Below, in pieces: positions 12,311 through 25,954 of a stretch of DNA of 64,000 bases. The notes beneath the pieces are model-generated. The model worked only from the letters and a program-made list of their open reading frames with translations. It ran no database searches and was not told the origin of the DNA. Origin of the DNA: Octopus sinensis (taxonomy: Eukaryota); the NCBI RefSeq assembly GCF_006345805.1, contig NC_043005.1:27466001-27530000 (forward strand). The letters run 5' to 3'. The translations under genes were made by a program, and so were the position numbers. The first letter of the stretch is position 1, and the number at the start of each line of letters is the position of its first letter.

Positions 12311-12337
12311 CTAAACGTTCTTGCAGAGAGGGAGCAC

Positions 12338-12369
<32 letters not shown>

Positions 12370-12454
12370 TATCATTATTATTACTGGTATTAAAGACACG
12401 ACTGTACAACTATGTTCTGGCTTAATCATTCTTTTTAAAATTAATATTAAGGAT

Positions 12455-12668
12455 AAATTAATTCAAGAATATCAACCCCATGATTCTGAGTTCGATTCCA
12501 GGCAGTGACCTGAATAACAACAACAACATAGAAAAACACCTTAGAAATAAGAACCCAGGTTCGAAATTTCCCCCAAGACACCCGATGAAGACTGGAGGGT
12601 ATATCAGCCAAAACGTTGTGTTAACCACAAACAAGATGAGGACAAATATCCGTCAAATGTAAATAATG
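12455..12668 (+). mobile_element. Family-H SINE, 5'-degraded, with 13-bp target-site duplication
   Basis: B box gagttcgattcc; tail matches 9300-9465; taatattaaggat at 12442-12454 and 12669-12681. Confidence 0.8.
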
Positions 12669-12951
12669 TAATATTAAGGATTTTTCATATTTCAAGACGT
12701 TCTTAAATCCATTAACCAATAAACATCTCAAGACCGTCTCTACCTCTTTAACAGAATGAAGTGATGATAATGCCATTCGCAAAGGATCATATTGTTAATT
12801 GATAAAAGTTTTTTTTTTTAAATATCGATCTGGTTTATCCCAAACATATAAACAATCTTTCTCTTAAATATCTGTTTATATTTTGTAAACTGAAATTGGG
12901 GACAACTGAAAAATTACCTATTCCATATTTGGAATAAAAAAAGTTTAAACA

Positions 12952-12959
12952 TGACGTCA
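12952..12959. promoter_or_regulatory. Palindromic CRE-like site TGACGTCA in unique sequence
   Basis: Exact octamer match; function unknown, chance occurrence is plausible. Confidence 0.2.
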
Positions 12960-13660
12960 TACAATACAATTTCCGACGTTCGTTTTCACGCAGAAACAAA
13001 TTCTAAATACTTGAAAATTAAGTGGATAGAAGAGGTACAGAAATGGTTTAATATAAACTCTATAATATATTCATCGTTTCCAAGCTGCGATAGGCACACA
13101 ATATTGTCAGTCTGCATATTGCTCGCACATATATACACTATGGTCTCTGAATAAGTGTCATTTATATATACACACACACACTTAATGATATAGCACAAGC
13201 ATTTAATCATTATAAAATCAATCATTTGTGATTATTCAGCAAGAAATTGTGGGACACTCATCCGTCCTCTGACCACGGGAGAGTCCATAATAGTGTTAAA
13301 TTACGAGTGTAAAAACACACACACATACGCACACACACAAGCAAACAAAGATAACGACGGTCCTTGTACAATTTCCGTCTGTCGAACAAAAGTCATTGGA
13401 CGGTTCGAGGTTCTACGAGAAAACACTTGAGTAAGGTGCCGCGAAGCGGAACCGGAATTACGTAGATGAGAAGCGAATTCCTTAATCACGCAGCCATACC
13501 CGCACCTCTCTCTCTCTCTCTCTTTCTCACACACACACAGGGTATTTTATAGTGTATACGTCGCGCTACTTTATAGATGATTTAACAGAAAATGAACTGA
13601 GGTGCGACTTTTACTTACTATATAAGTATAGATGATGGATGGATGGATGGATGGATGGAT

Positions 13661-13691
<31 letters not shown>

Positions 13692-13794
13692 ATATATATA
13701 TATTATATATACACACACATACAGATATGTATACACACACACATACAGATATATATATGTATGCATGTGTATATACATACATATATACTCTTTT

Positions 13795-14366
13795 TTTATA
13801 TTTGTTTCAGTCATTTGACTGCGGCCATGCTGGAGCACCGCCTTAATGGGTGTTAGTCGAAGAAATCGACACCAGAACTTCTTTGAAAGCCTAGTACTTA
13901 TTCTATGGGTCTCTTTTGCCGAACTGCTAAGTTACTGGGAGGTAAACATACCAACATCGGTTGTCAAGCGATGGCAGTGGGACAAAGACAAACACACACG
14001 CTCAAACATATATATATATATAATGGGCTTCTTCCAGTTTCCATCTACAAAATCCATCCACAAGGCTTCGGTCGGCCTGAGGCTATAGTAGAAGACACTT
14101 GCCCAAGGTGTGTGTGTGTGTATACATATATATATATATATATATGCGTTACTTTACAACCCTAGGCCTTGCGGCCCCAAGGCCCTTTTTCGTTATGTGT
14201 ATAATTGATTCATTGTGTTTGTTTTCGTAATTATCCTGTACGTTCTTTAGCTATTCCCAAAGGCTTCTCGCCGATGGCGCCACCAAGAGAGTAATATCAC
14301 CATTTAAGGCGCAAAACTGTTTTCCTTTCGGTTTTGACTGATGAGGAATTAGCTATGCAGTATATC

Positions 14367-14421
<55 letters not shown>

Positions 14422-14966
14422 TGCGTGTGTAAACAGAGTTAGCGGTTATAGTAACCGACTAAGGGATAAAATATCCGTATATACTATCGGTATCCGTTAC
14501 CCATATGATCCTCCGGCATTGGTGTGCAGGCACACTATATACGAAGAGTGCAGATAACAACAGAATAAACAAGAGTTTATCAGGAACCAATGCAAATATT
14601 TAGAAAATGGAGAAAACCTCAGATTAACAAACACATTAATTGGACCACATTTATAGCTTAATTTTTTATACAAAGCATGACATAACAAAATAGGTGACGG
14701 GGACATTAACACACCAACATCGGTTGTCAAGCAATGCTAGGGGGACAAACACAGACACACAAACATACAGGCACACACACATACATATATATATACATAT
14801 ATATGACGGGCTTCTTTCAGTCCCCGTCTACGAAATCCACTCACAAGGCTTTGGTCGGCCCGAGGCTATAGTAGAAGACACTTGCCCAAGGTGCCACGCG
14901 GTGGGACTGAACCCGGAACCATGTGGTTGGTAAACAAGCTACTTACCACACAGCCACTCCTGCGCC
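13795..14966 (-). mobile_element. Two family-A SINE copies (13795-14110, 14697-14966) separated by unique and simple-repeat DNA
   Basis: Direct similarity to the family-A consensus seen elsewhere in the window. Confidence 0.8.
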
Positions 14967-15377
14967 TATATATATATAAATGCTGAAAGCTTAAGAAGTT
15001 CGATATTCACAACCACGAATTTCCGAGCTTGCTGCGTGTCAGCCTTTATTTTGCGAATGAAACTAGACAAACGGTAACTGGCCATAACCATACGCTGTGA
15101 ATCGTTCATGTTTTTATTCAAAACGTACACCGTTCTCACCCACCCTGCTAATTGCACTAAAGGTGCATGCGACAGTGGATTGTTCACTCACTTATTACAT
15201 TAACGACTCAGGTGTTCGAACAACGAACTCGTCCTCGAGGAACAACGGACATTCCTCGTTACCACTAACATACCTAAGCTCATCTATCTATCTAATATAT
15301 AAAGAGTGTCAATTCTAGGATACAATTGAAGAAACTAACCAATAGCATTCAACCCGGATAATAAACAAGACTGCACC

Positions 15378-15465
<88 letters not shown>
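15378..15465. repeat. (GA)n microsatellite
   Basis: Pure GA dinucleotide run. Confidence 0.95.
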
Positions 15466-15469
<4 letters not shown>

Positions 15470-15602
15470 GACGTTAGCTGCCGGTACTTCGGAGATCCAA
15501 AATGGGCCCTACAACTACCTCGAATGTCTGGTTAGAGGAGATGAGGCCAAAAAAGCAACCTCATTCGATCTTACTAAATCATCTGAGGCCCTTATATATA
15601 CA

Positions 15603-15817
15603 CGAAGGGGTGCTGAAAATTTCCTGGCTTTGAGCAAGAGAAAATACAGGAGGATCAGTTAATTATAATCTTATTCAACATATTTCCCTCTCAGATTCAC
15701 GCCGCACTTACTGCAGCGGTTTTTCTAAAACCCTGTAAGAAGAACTCGGAAGGTTGGGCCTCCAACCAGACCTTTCGCGACTCCCTTAAAGCCAGGAACT
15801 TTTCAGCATCCCCCTCG
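15603..15817. mobile_element. mariner-type MITE
   Basis: TIRs cgaaggggtgctgaaaatttcctggcttt / aaagccaggaacttttcagcatccccctcg. Confidence 0.85.
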
Positions 15818-16333
15818 TTTGTGTGTGTGTGTATGTGTGTGTGTGTGAGTGCGCACTGAATCAGAGAGGGGGCAAGGAGGAGAGTAAAGGTAACGGCATC
15901 CAGAAACAAACAAATGAATAAAACAAAGCAAGATAACCTAATGAGAAACAAAATAAAATAATTTTTAAAAGATTTACTTTGTTAGAATATTATGATATAC
16001 AACATATTGTGATATTATTATATAGCATTGTGTAAAGAATGAGATATACATAGCAGTGTTGTATTAATATCATATTCTATTGTCTGCTATTGTTCTATAA
16101 AGATGTATAAATTTGATAGTTCCTTTCTCGAAATATTATTACAACTACCAGGACGACAGTGACGACGACGACCACCACCACCACCACCACAATGGCGATC
16201 CTCACCCCTTACTCCCCACCCCCACACTCTTACCATTTAGTTATATATCTGTATTTATATCTCAGGGTTTATATTTTTGATGTAAGTTCCGTGTCTCATC
16301 GCATTATTCGCAGAGACCCAAGCACGCACACAC

Positions 16334-16369
<36 letters not shown>

Positions 16370-16585
16370 GCGCGAACATTCCATCTCAAAGACAGCGTGT
16401 TTGGAACTAACATTGGTCTCTTGAATATTGTGTTTGTGTGTATGACTGGCTTGAAATAGAAACTTACACCCCACCTTAAAGGTCACAGTGGGTAAAGTAG
16501 CCGACTAGACTCACAAAACGATAAGACCACTCTTGGAGCAACTTTGATTTTAAAAAAACATACATATAAACACATACATAACATT

Positions 16586-16797
16586 AAAACCATTTGATAC
16601 CAATTCGCCTACAGACTTCCAATTTAGACCTATTTAAATTAAAACTTTTCATCAAAATTCCATGCTAATTTATATTCCAAACACTAGATTGACAATGACA
16701 AAAGCTATTTTACAAATTTTTGCCTCATTAATTTCACAATAATTCGGAAGAAAGGCAGTTTATTTCAACCGAAATATGGGTAGAAAAGGATTAATAA
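16586..16797. mobile_element. Diverged piggyBac-like MITE
   Basis: ttaaaaccatttgatacc ... gtagaaaaggattaa ends; interior resembles the 60.6-61.6 kb family. Confidence 0.45.
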
Positions 16798-17841
16798 AAT
16801 AAGCGAAAGTCACAAATATATGTTTCTCTGCAATGGGTGTTCGTCAAACAATAAACAAAACAAATTCTTTTTACGTATATGCTTCTCAAGAGCAATGAAG
16901 AAAAATGAAAAGGAAGACTCGCAACAAAAGTAGTTTGAACAGGAATATTGGAAGAGTTTACTTAGTAAAACAACAAATAAATTGTATGCAATTTTCACAT
17001 GCAAACTTCAGCAATGCTCGTTCTTTAAAGATTAAACTGAATTCTCTTCAGGCAGATAATAAAGTTGCTTCTTTTTCTATTTTCTCAATTTTCCATTTGG
17101 TGAAAATAGTTTTCAAAAAAATTAAGTAAATGGTATTGAAAAACGATATTAAATATATATAATTTTAATGAAGTTTTAATGGTTATTGTCAAACCGTTAA
17201 AATGATTTTTTTACGGTGACTAGAAGTTAATTTGGCGTGACTGGCGGGTATATGTGTGTGCCTTGGCACACGCTTAGCATGTGAATGCATACATAATATA
17301 CAAACTCATTCAGAGAAAAGCGTGTTGCATGAAATTCATATACATGTATGAGAATCGTTATACGTAAGCACCAAACGTTTTACGTGTGAACATTGAAGAG
17401 TGTGGTCGACACACAATATTAGATTCTAGTCTAGATAGGGGAGCTGAGAGAGAGAGAGCTCTAGCAAAAGTTTAAAGTGTGGATTTAGCGGTCAATTATG
17501 GCAACAGTATAAATACAGATGCACATACGCATGGGTTACCCTTATAACCCCTATCTTACTTTGTACTATATATAAATATATACACAGACAAAGTGCAACC
17601 GTCAATTGTAAGCAAGTATAACCAAGACTTGTTTAAAGGTGTCAGCCACACGCACGCATAGGTTCTCTTTAAACGTCCCTATTGTGGTGCAGCGGAGATG
17701 GGTGAAGAGGGCCGCACAGGCACTTCACAGGAACTCATTTACAGCTGCATAGAACGGAACAAGATGAAATGAAGGACTTTACTCAACGCGCAGCCCGGTC
17801 CAGAGATCGAACCCATAAACCTAAGATCATGACAGGCCCAA

Positions 17842-17908
<67 letters not shown>

Positions 17909-17929
17909 TGTGTGTGTGTATACACACAC

Positions 17930-18280
17930 ACTTTTCTACTCTAGGTACAAGGCCTGAAATTTTGGGTGAGAAGGAAGTTGATTAGATTGATCCCAGTACG
18001 CAACTGGTACTTAATTTATTGTCCCCAAAAGGATGAAAAGCAAAGTCGACCTCGGCGGGATTTCAACTCAGAACGTAAAGACAGACGAAATACCGCTAAG
18101 CATTACGCCCGGCGCGCTAACGTTTCTGGCAGCTCGCCTTTTATATATATATATATATAGCGTCGGATACAGTACAATGTGGTAATCGCCCTGCCTTTTT
18201 ACGTTCAAATTTCGGCGGGGACAACTCTGCCTTTCATCCTTTCGGGATCGATAAGCAAAATACAAGTGCTGCACTGGAGT
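17930..18280. mobile_element. Family-B SINE (minus, 17930-18140) plus partial inverted copy (18185-18280)
   Basis: Reverse complement of ggcgagctgccagaaacgttagc head and ttcaaattccgccgaggtcgactttgc body. Confidence 0.85.
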
Positions 18281-19181
18281 CGTTCCTTGTTTTTCCATGC
18301 CTCAATCTTACAGGAAGAAACCAGCTGTCATAAGATCGAGACCGATAAGAGCTCTCTTACATCTCTTCCCACTCGGTTTCAAAATGTGCAGGATACGCAG
18401 GGTGTCACGGCAGCGTCTTCACCATCACCGCCGACTCTAATCAACGAGATGGCCACACATGGCGTGACAAAGTGTAAATGACGGCAGCAGACTCAGCCAT
18501 TTACACGTCAAATATCGATGAGCAAGATCTTTCAGTTCATAATCGAACACAGAGTTCATTGACGAATTCATGTATGTATGCATACACACACACACACAAA
18601 TATAGATATATATATTATATTATATATACATATATAATATATCATTATATATATATATATAATATATACATCATACAATATATATATATATTATATCCCT
18701 ATACATATATATACTATATGTATGTGTAAGAAAGCATAATACATATATATATATATACATACATAATGCGTATAGATGCATGTGTATATGTGGTGTACGC
18801 TGCAATTTTCCCGCCCCAAGGGAATTTCTGCACAACTTTATTACGCGCTATTATTATTCACACATAGCTTATATACACTTGCATCGTTTGAGCAACTTCG
18901 TAAAAATGAGTTCGAGATTTCTCAATGCTTTCAAAATAAAGAGCCAGCCCCCCCTCCACACACACATACAGATGTCTATTTCTATGTCGTACGCGTGTTA
19001 CAGTACACTCTACGCTAATTCACGTGCAAACTGCAATCACACAGCTGTGTACCTGAACAGCTACACACACACAAGTCAGTAAGTGCATACTATAGATGCA
19101 GACACAGGTGTAAGTGCATATCACTCACACACGCGCGCGCGCGCAATTATGAGCACATTACAATAGCTAAGTTAGTATATG

Positions 19182-19232
<51 letters not shown>

Positions 19233-19366
19233 AACACACATACACAGAAACAGCCGATACGACCACAATCAAGATGACAAGAAAAAAACAGACGTAGAAG
19301 ACAAGCGAACACGCATGCATACACGTACGCGCATGTAAGCGCACGAGCACATCAAGTTAATACTGC

Positions 19367-19369
<3 letters not shown>

Positions 19370-19404
<35 letters not shown>

Positions 19405-19990
19405 AAGTAGATGTAACGTTATTACGAGTAGCAGTATGGCGGCGAGCTGGCAGAATCGTTAGCACGCCGGGCGAAATGCTTAGCGGTGTTTTGTCTGTCT
19501 TTTTACGTTCTGAGTTCAAATTCCGCCGAGGCCGACTTTGCCTTTCACCTTTACTGGGTCGATAAATTAAGTACCAGTTGTGTACTGGGGTCGATCTAAT
19601 CGACTGGCGCTCCCTCTCCCAAAATTTCGGGCTCTGTGCCTGGAGTTGAAAAGAGTATTGGCTGTAGTGTAGTGTAATTGCAGTAGTAGTAGTAGTAGTA
19701 ATAGTAGTAGTTAATGATTATAACAGTAGTGGCAGTGGTAGTGGTTGGTGGTAGTAGTACTAGTTGTTGTAGTGCCTGTAACAGTAACAATAAAGGTAGT
19801 AGAGTTGTTGTTGCGGTGGTAGTTGGCAGTGAAGGTTGTGGTGGTGGTGGTGGTAGTAACGGCAGTAGTAATGAAAGTGATTGTAATGACAGCGTTGGTG
19901 GTCGGAATTATAGTACAGGTGTTAGCAGTGGTGGTGGATTTTGAAGTAATAGTATAGGCGTTGGTGATTGTGGTGGTAACAACAACACAA
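19370..19990 (+). repeat. GTA/GTG trinucleotide low-complexity region containing a family-B SINE (19435-19660)
   Basis: (GTA)n and (GTG)n runs; ggcggcgagctggcagaatcgttagcacgccggg head at 19439. Confidence 0.85.
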
Positions 19991-21227
19991 ATAGCGTAGC
20001 TTGCCAAAAGACAACACAAACACATTCATGCACAACAGAGAACAGATGCATACAACAATACACGCACACACACGCAATACGCGCACACACGTACACAAAA
20101 TGCACAGATGCACACACAATACACAGATATATAACCACACAATAAGTGCGCGCGCGCGCAACGCTGGTGTCAGCGAGTACAAACTGACAAGAATTTTACT
20201 TCTGAAAACTGTCTTTTCTTTTAACAAATGATGACGACGGTGATGCTGGTGGTGGTGCGGCGGCGGCGGCGGCGGTTGCTGCTGCGAGAAAGTGCAAGGA
20301 ACTCAAGCTGCACAGCAGTAACAACAACAACAACGGCAGCAGCACAGCAGCAGCAGCAGCCGGTAAACGGTCGCGAAACCGAACTAAACACAGCAGATTA
20401 GAAAGAAAGAGGAGAGAGAGAGATGAGAGAGACAGAAACAGAGAGGGGAGAAAGAGAGAGAGAGATAAAGAATGGTGGTGGTGAGAGAAAGGGGAGGAGG
20501 GAAATTCGGTTGTGTCAATCGGTGCAAAAGACAAAACGCGCCTTCAGCAGAAAAGTTTCAACGTGAAAATACATAGCAGTGGCTTCGCGTAAGATCTATC
20601 GTGCAAGCGCGAAGAATTGATGAGGTGCTTGTTGTAGTTTTTGTTTATAGTATGATAGTGATGGAAGTGGGGCGACGGCGGCGGTGGCGTAGTATGTTCT
20701 ATAGTGCAGTGGCGTTGGGGATGGCGGAGGCGAGGGTGGTGGTGGTGGTGGTGTTCCTGCTGCTGCTGCTGCTGCTGTGTAGCGTTGTATATAGTAAGAA
20801 CGATGCGTTACTGTTGTAGTATGCGATGTGGTGGCAACGTGTAAGTAAAGGCGGTAGTGCGTAAATTTAGTGATGGTGCTTGTATACAATAGAACAGTGT
20901 GTGTGTGTGTGTGTGCTACATTGTGTGGCGTAGAGCTTGTACACTGGAGTGGTAGAGTGCACAGACGTGTAGTACATAGTGCAGTGGTGTAGATTGGGGG
21001 TGTGTGTGCAGCTAAGATGCAAGCTGGTACGTGAGAGGGAAGAGGGAGTGGTGGAGATTGATGGCAATGAATAAGATGCATATAACAAAAATTAATAAAC
21101 ACACACACACACACATATATATATATAACCACAGACATATGCAAACAATAGATACATCTACACACACATGCATATATGTATGTGTGTACATTTACATACA
21201 CATCCACACACGAGCATAAATATATAC

Positions 21228-21592
21228 ATAGGAGTGGCTATGTGGTAGGTAGCTTGCTTCCCAACTACATGGTTCCGGGTTCGGTCCCACTGTGTGGCAC
21301 CTTGGGCAAGTGTCTTCTACTATAGCCGTTGGGCCGACCAAAGCCTTGTGAGTGGATTTGGTAGACGGAAACTGAAAGAAGCCCGTCATTTATATATATA
21401 AATGTGTGTGTGTGTGTGTCCAACATTGCTTGACAACCGATGCTGGTGTGTTTACGTCAAGTAATGTAGCGGTTCGGCAAAAGAGACCGATAGAACAAGT
21501 ACTAGGCTTACAAATAATAAGTCCTGGGGTCGATTTGTACGGCTAAAGGCGGTGCCCCAGCATGGCCGCAGTCAAATGACTGGAACAAATAA
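21228..21592 (+). mobile_element. Full-length family-A SINE
   Basis: Head taggagtggctatgtggtagg through tail cagtcaaatgactggaacaaat. Confidence 0.9.
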
Positions 21593-21594
21593 AA

Positions 21595-21656
21595 TATATA
21601 TATATAAACATTATACATCTACACACACACACACACACACATACATATGTATATAT

Positions 21657-21705
<49 letters not shown>

Positions 21706-21943
21706 ATAACATATATTATATACATATATATATATATATACATATTATATATAATATACATTCATATATATATTATATATATATACATATGTATATATAT
21801 ATATATATATATACATGTATATATATATATACATATATATATATATAATATACATATATATACATATATATATGTACATATACATATATATATACATATA
21901 TATATATTATACATATATACACATATATACATATGTATACACA

Positions 21944-21994
<51 letters not shown>

Positions 21995-22203
21995 GTGAGT
22001 GTGTATATATATATATATATATATACATATATACACACACACATCCACACGCATACATATACCTACAAACACACACACACTACATGCAAGCATCTATCTA
22101 CGTGTGTACGTACATGTACAATTTACACAAATTATAGACACAAATAAAGAAACGAGCTGATATCTACGAACATCTGATAGATAAAATTATCTACATACTC
22201 CGT

Positions 22204-22234
<31 letters not shown>

Positions 22235-22280
22235 GTACACACACACGTGTGAGTATGTGTGTGTGTGTGTGTGTGTGTGT
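21595..22280. repeat. Compound (AT)n/(ATAC)n/(AC)n microsatellite
   Basis: Low-complexity run; source of the YI-repeat ORFs. Confidence 0.95.
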
Positions 22281-22747
22281 TGTATGTGTGTTGCAGATAT
22301 TGAACGTGTCAGCAGAATGTAGTGCAGCTCATTGATCAAGTGCAGGGGAGTCTTAAAAGCTATTGATGTATGTACTAAGCAGGCATGCAGGCAGAGGTAG
22401 ATAGATAGATAGATTGAACTAGAGAGAGAGGGGGGGTGAAGGGAAACGGAGAGAGAACAAGCGATAGACAATAAGCGAGAGAGAGATAGAGAGAGACAGC
22501 ATGGTGTAAAAGGAGGTAGCAGAGCTGAGTAAATCAGGCAGAGAGGGGGTAGTGGGAGGAAGGGCAGCAGCAGCAGATGATGGAATCGAAAGATGCACCG
22601 AATGACTTGCAGTTTTTATTACTATTATTTGTGTGTGCGCGTTCGTTGTTGTTTTTTATTTATTTATTTATTTATTTATTTTCTTTTTTTTCCCCTCATT
22701 TTATTTATTTATTTATTTATTTTCTTCATTTCTGCGTTGCTTCCTAT

Positions 22748-22780
<33 letters not shown>

Positions 22781-23207
22781 CTCTCTCTCTCAGCCACTCG
22801 CCAACCCCGCCAACTTCATTCACCGAATTCGACGCCGCTCAGATGCACTCGGTGCACCAGGAATTTTTGCAAGAAGCACATGGCAGCAGTCATTCATAAT
22901 CTTATGTACCAGTTGCAAAAAAAAAGAAAAAAGAAAAAAGAAAAGGAAAAACAAAAGAAAAGCGAAAAATAGGTGGATGGAAGAAGAGGAAGGGAGCGCG
23001 AGAATAATAATAAAATACCAAAAAAAAAAAAGAAAGAGGGAGGGAGGGGTTTATGGTTAAGGTGTTCGCGATGGCGGTGGCGGGGTTAATAATGGAAAGG
23101 AGTTTGAGAAAAGAAAATAGGAGAGGAGAGATATGCCACCATCGACCAGTGATACGCGCTTATGTGTAAAATTCAAGGCAATTATAATAGACAATGCATG
23201 CACTTGA

Positions 23208-23242
<35 letters not shown>

Positions 23243-23315
23243 GTACACACACACACACCTGGGCTATTCCCCAGAATTGCTGCCCCCTCGGGCGGTTGGT
23301 GTATGGTGTGTGTGT

Positions 23316-23353
<38 letters not shown>

Positions 23354-23515
23354 TAATATATATATATATATATACACACATACTGTACAAAAGCACTTAC
23401 GCATACCTGCACTTTACATGCGTGTGAGCACGTGTACAAAAGTTTATAGATGTAAATATATATATATATATTGATGTAAATATATATATATATATATATA
23501 TACATACACACAAAG

Positions 23516-23546
<31 letters not shown>

Positions 23547-23612
23547 AGTTCAAATAAAGGTTACAAACCCCAACAAGGGATAATAAACCCAATGAAAATA
23601 CTGGTTAGTGTT

Positions 23613-23644
<32 letters not shown>

Positions 23645-23671
23645 GCCTGTTTGGAATTCTAGATAAACAGT

Positions 23672-23868
23672 TTTCCAGCATATCACATTTTGGCCATCGT
23701 TTCCCTTTCCAATTGGTCCCATGTCATCTTTGTCATCAAGGTCCCTGCCTTTCATTTCCCTTCTCGGTTCCACTCCAAGAATGACATTTTGGTAAGCACC
23801 TGGCCACTGGTTCCTCTTATCGTATGAGGTAAACCAATCTCCAATATATACACCAATGTGTGTGTGTG

Positions 23869-23900
<32 letters not shown>

Positions 23901-24236
23901 CATATACACACACATGTACACATACGTACGAAAAGGGAAAAGAGAGACCTAGACGTCACGCATATCTGTTAGTCAGAGTGAGCTCTCAGTTAAAACCCAA
24001 GAAGACATTGGTGAGCTAAAATTATTTGTTGTAGGTGAGATTGGTTTACCTCATACGATAAGAGGAACCAGTGGCCAGGTGCTTACCAAAAAGTCATTCT
24101 TGGAGTGGAACCGAGAAGGGAAATGAAAGGCAGGGACCTTGATAACCATCACCTGGTAGGGAAATCTCGAAGACAACAATGATGACATGGGACCAATTGG
24201 AAAGAGAAACGATGGCCAAAATGTGATATGCAGGAA

Positions 24237-24237
<1 letters not shown>
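23672..24237. repeat. Long inverted repeat: arms 23672-23841 and 24037-24237
   Basis: Arms nearly perfectly complementary apart from an about 30-nt extra segment in the right arm. Confidence 0.9.
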
Positions 24238-24267
<30 letters not shown>

Positions 24268-24362
24268 AATATTTATATACATATTTTTGTTTCTGTAGTT
24301 TCAGCTCAGAGCTGTGGCCATGCAGGAGCACCGCCGTTTTGCTACACTGTTATTACTGCGAT

Positions 24363-24530
24363 CCTCTTCTAATATGTGGCGCTTGGTGAAGAATGGAGTT
24401 TGATGTAGCTACCCTCATTTGCACCTCTTGCCGTGAGGTAGGTTCGTCTGGGACCCAGGACAGGAAAGGATGCAGCCTTGATTTAAAAACGCGTACATCT
24501 ACTTTGTGCAGGTTCCTCGGGGTCTTTGAG
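24363..24530 (-). pseudogene. 3' end of a CR1/L2-like LINE ORF2
   Basis: Minus frame RNLHKVDVRVFKSRLHPFLSWVPDEPT resembles the FKxxLDxFLxxVPDEP C-terminal motif of these LINEs. Confidence 0.65.
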
Positions 24531-24949
24531 AAAATATTTAAAAGCTGTGCGCCCCTGAAATATATATATATATATACATACATACATGCATATATATATA
24601 CACATATATATGAATATAAATATACATACATACATATATACATATATATATATTTTTTTTTCTTTTTCTTTTTGAATATATATGTCTATGTATAAATAGA
24701 GGGTATAATCACCGAAATGATTGTATCAGTGGCTAGCATATAAAAAAAACCCCAGCATATCGGTAAAATTAATTTTTAAGTATGTAATTCTAAAAATATA
24801 AGTGTAATTAAGAGTGCTGGGGTGCCAACGCCTATACGCTTGAAGTAGATATCAGTCACCTCTATATTTTATACACATGAATACATATATAAATATATAC
24901 TGTCAAAAAATTACATAAATATATGAATATTTATTCACACACACACCAT

Positions 24950-24992
<43 letters not shown>

Positions 24993-25104
24993 ATATATAT
25001 AATCTATATATTATACACATATAATAAAAGAATATATGATTATATATTTATACATCAAATATATACACATATATCAATTATATGTATATATGCAATCTAC
25101 TAGG

Positions 25105-25259
25105 TGCATGCGTGGCTGTGTTAGAAGAAGCATGACACCTAACCACTTGGTTTTTGGTTCAGATCCACTGCGTGGCATCTTGGGCAAGTGTCTACTAACA
25201 TAGATGCGGGCTGACCAAAGCCTTGAATGGTTCTGGTAGACGGAAACTGAAAGAAGCCC

Positions 25260-25309
<50 letters not shown>

Positions 25310-25465
25310 CCTTAACTTGGCGGTTCAAAGTAGGAGACCGATAGAATAAGTACTAGGCTTACAAAAAATAACCCCTGGGGTCGATTTCTTCGACTAAAAA
25401 CTCTTTAAGGCGGTACTCTAGCATCACTGCAGTCAAATGACTGAAACAAGTAAAAGAATAAAAGA
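25105..25465 (+). mobile_element. Family-A SINE
   Basis: Head, CORE-like segment and tail present. Confidence 0.85.
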
Positions 25466-25489
25466 AAGAATACTTATAAATATATATAT

Positions 25490-25640
25490 ATGATAGACCG
25501 TTAGCTCCTACACGCATTTTTTTCCTCCTGTTTTTTTCTGTGTATCTTTTTTCTGTCAAAGAGCGCGTAGGCTCGAAACGTAAAACACTTGTTCTATTTC
25601 TATTCTCTATTACATTTGTTTGTTTGTACTCACCTGCCTT
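25490..25640 (+). mobile_element. Penelope-like terminal repeat fragment with decayed minimal hammerhead motif (25549-25583)
   Basis: tttt-CTGTCAA-a-gagcgtaggctc-GAAAC-GTA-aaa; same family as 945-1100. Confidence 0.55.
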
Positions 25641-25744
25641 CGTCCGTTTCCCGTTATAGTATATATATATATATATGTATATTCTCTCATATATGTGTTG
25701 TTATATCTATATATATATAATATATCCGTATATACATATATACA

Positions 25745-25787
<43 letters not shown>

Positions 25788-25913
25788 AGAGGGAAAGAGG
25801 CAGACATCAACTTCCTTTCCCTGTATGTACACATATATGCGTGTGTATACAGACACACTCTATATACATAGAGACAGACAGCGCGCGGTGTGTGTGTTGT
25901 TATATATATATAT

Positions 25914-25954
<41 letters not shown>

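Noticed and set aside
14335-14360. CTGATGAG possible hammerhead core
   Set aside because: No stem II or GAAA follows before a microsatellite.
18461-18510. Small hairpin gtgtaaatg...catttacac
   Set aside because: Short and bulged; expected by chance.
20228-20401. Short ORF with poly-R/T/A/Q runs
   Set aside because: Triplet-repeat artefact, about 57 codons, no homology or splice support.
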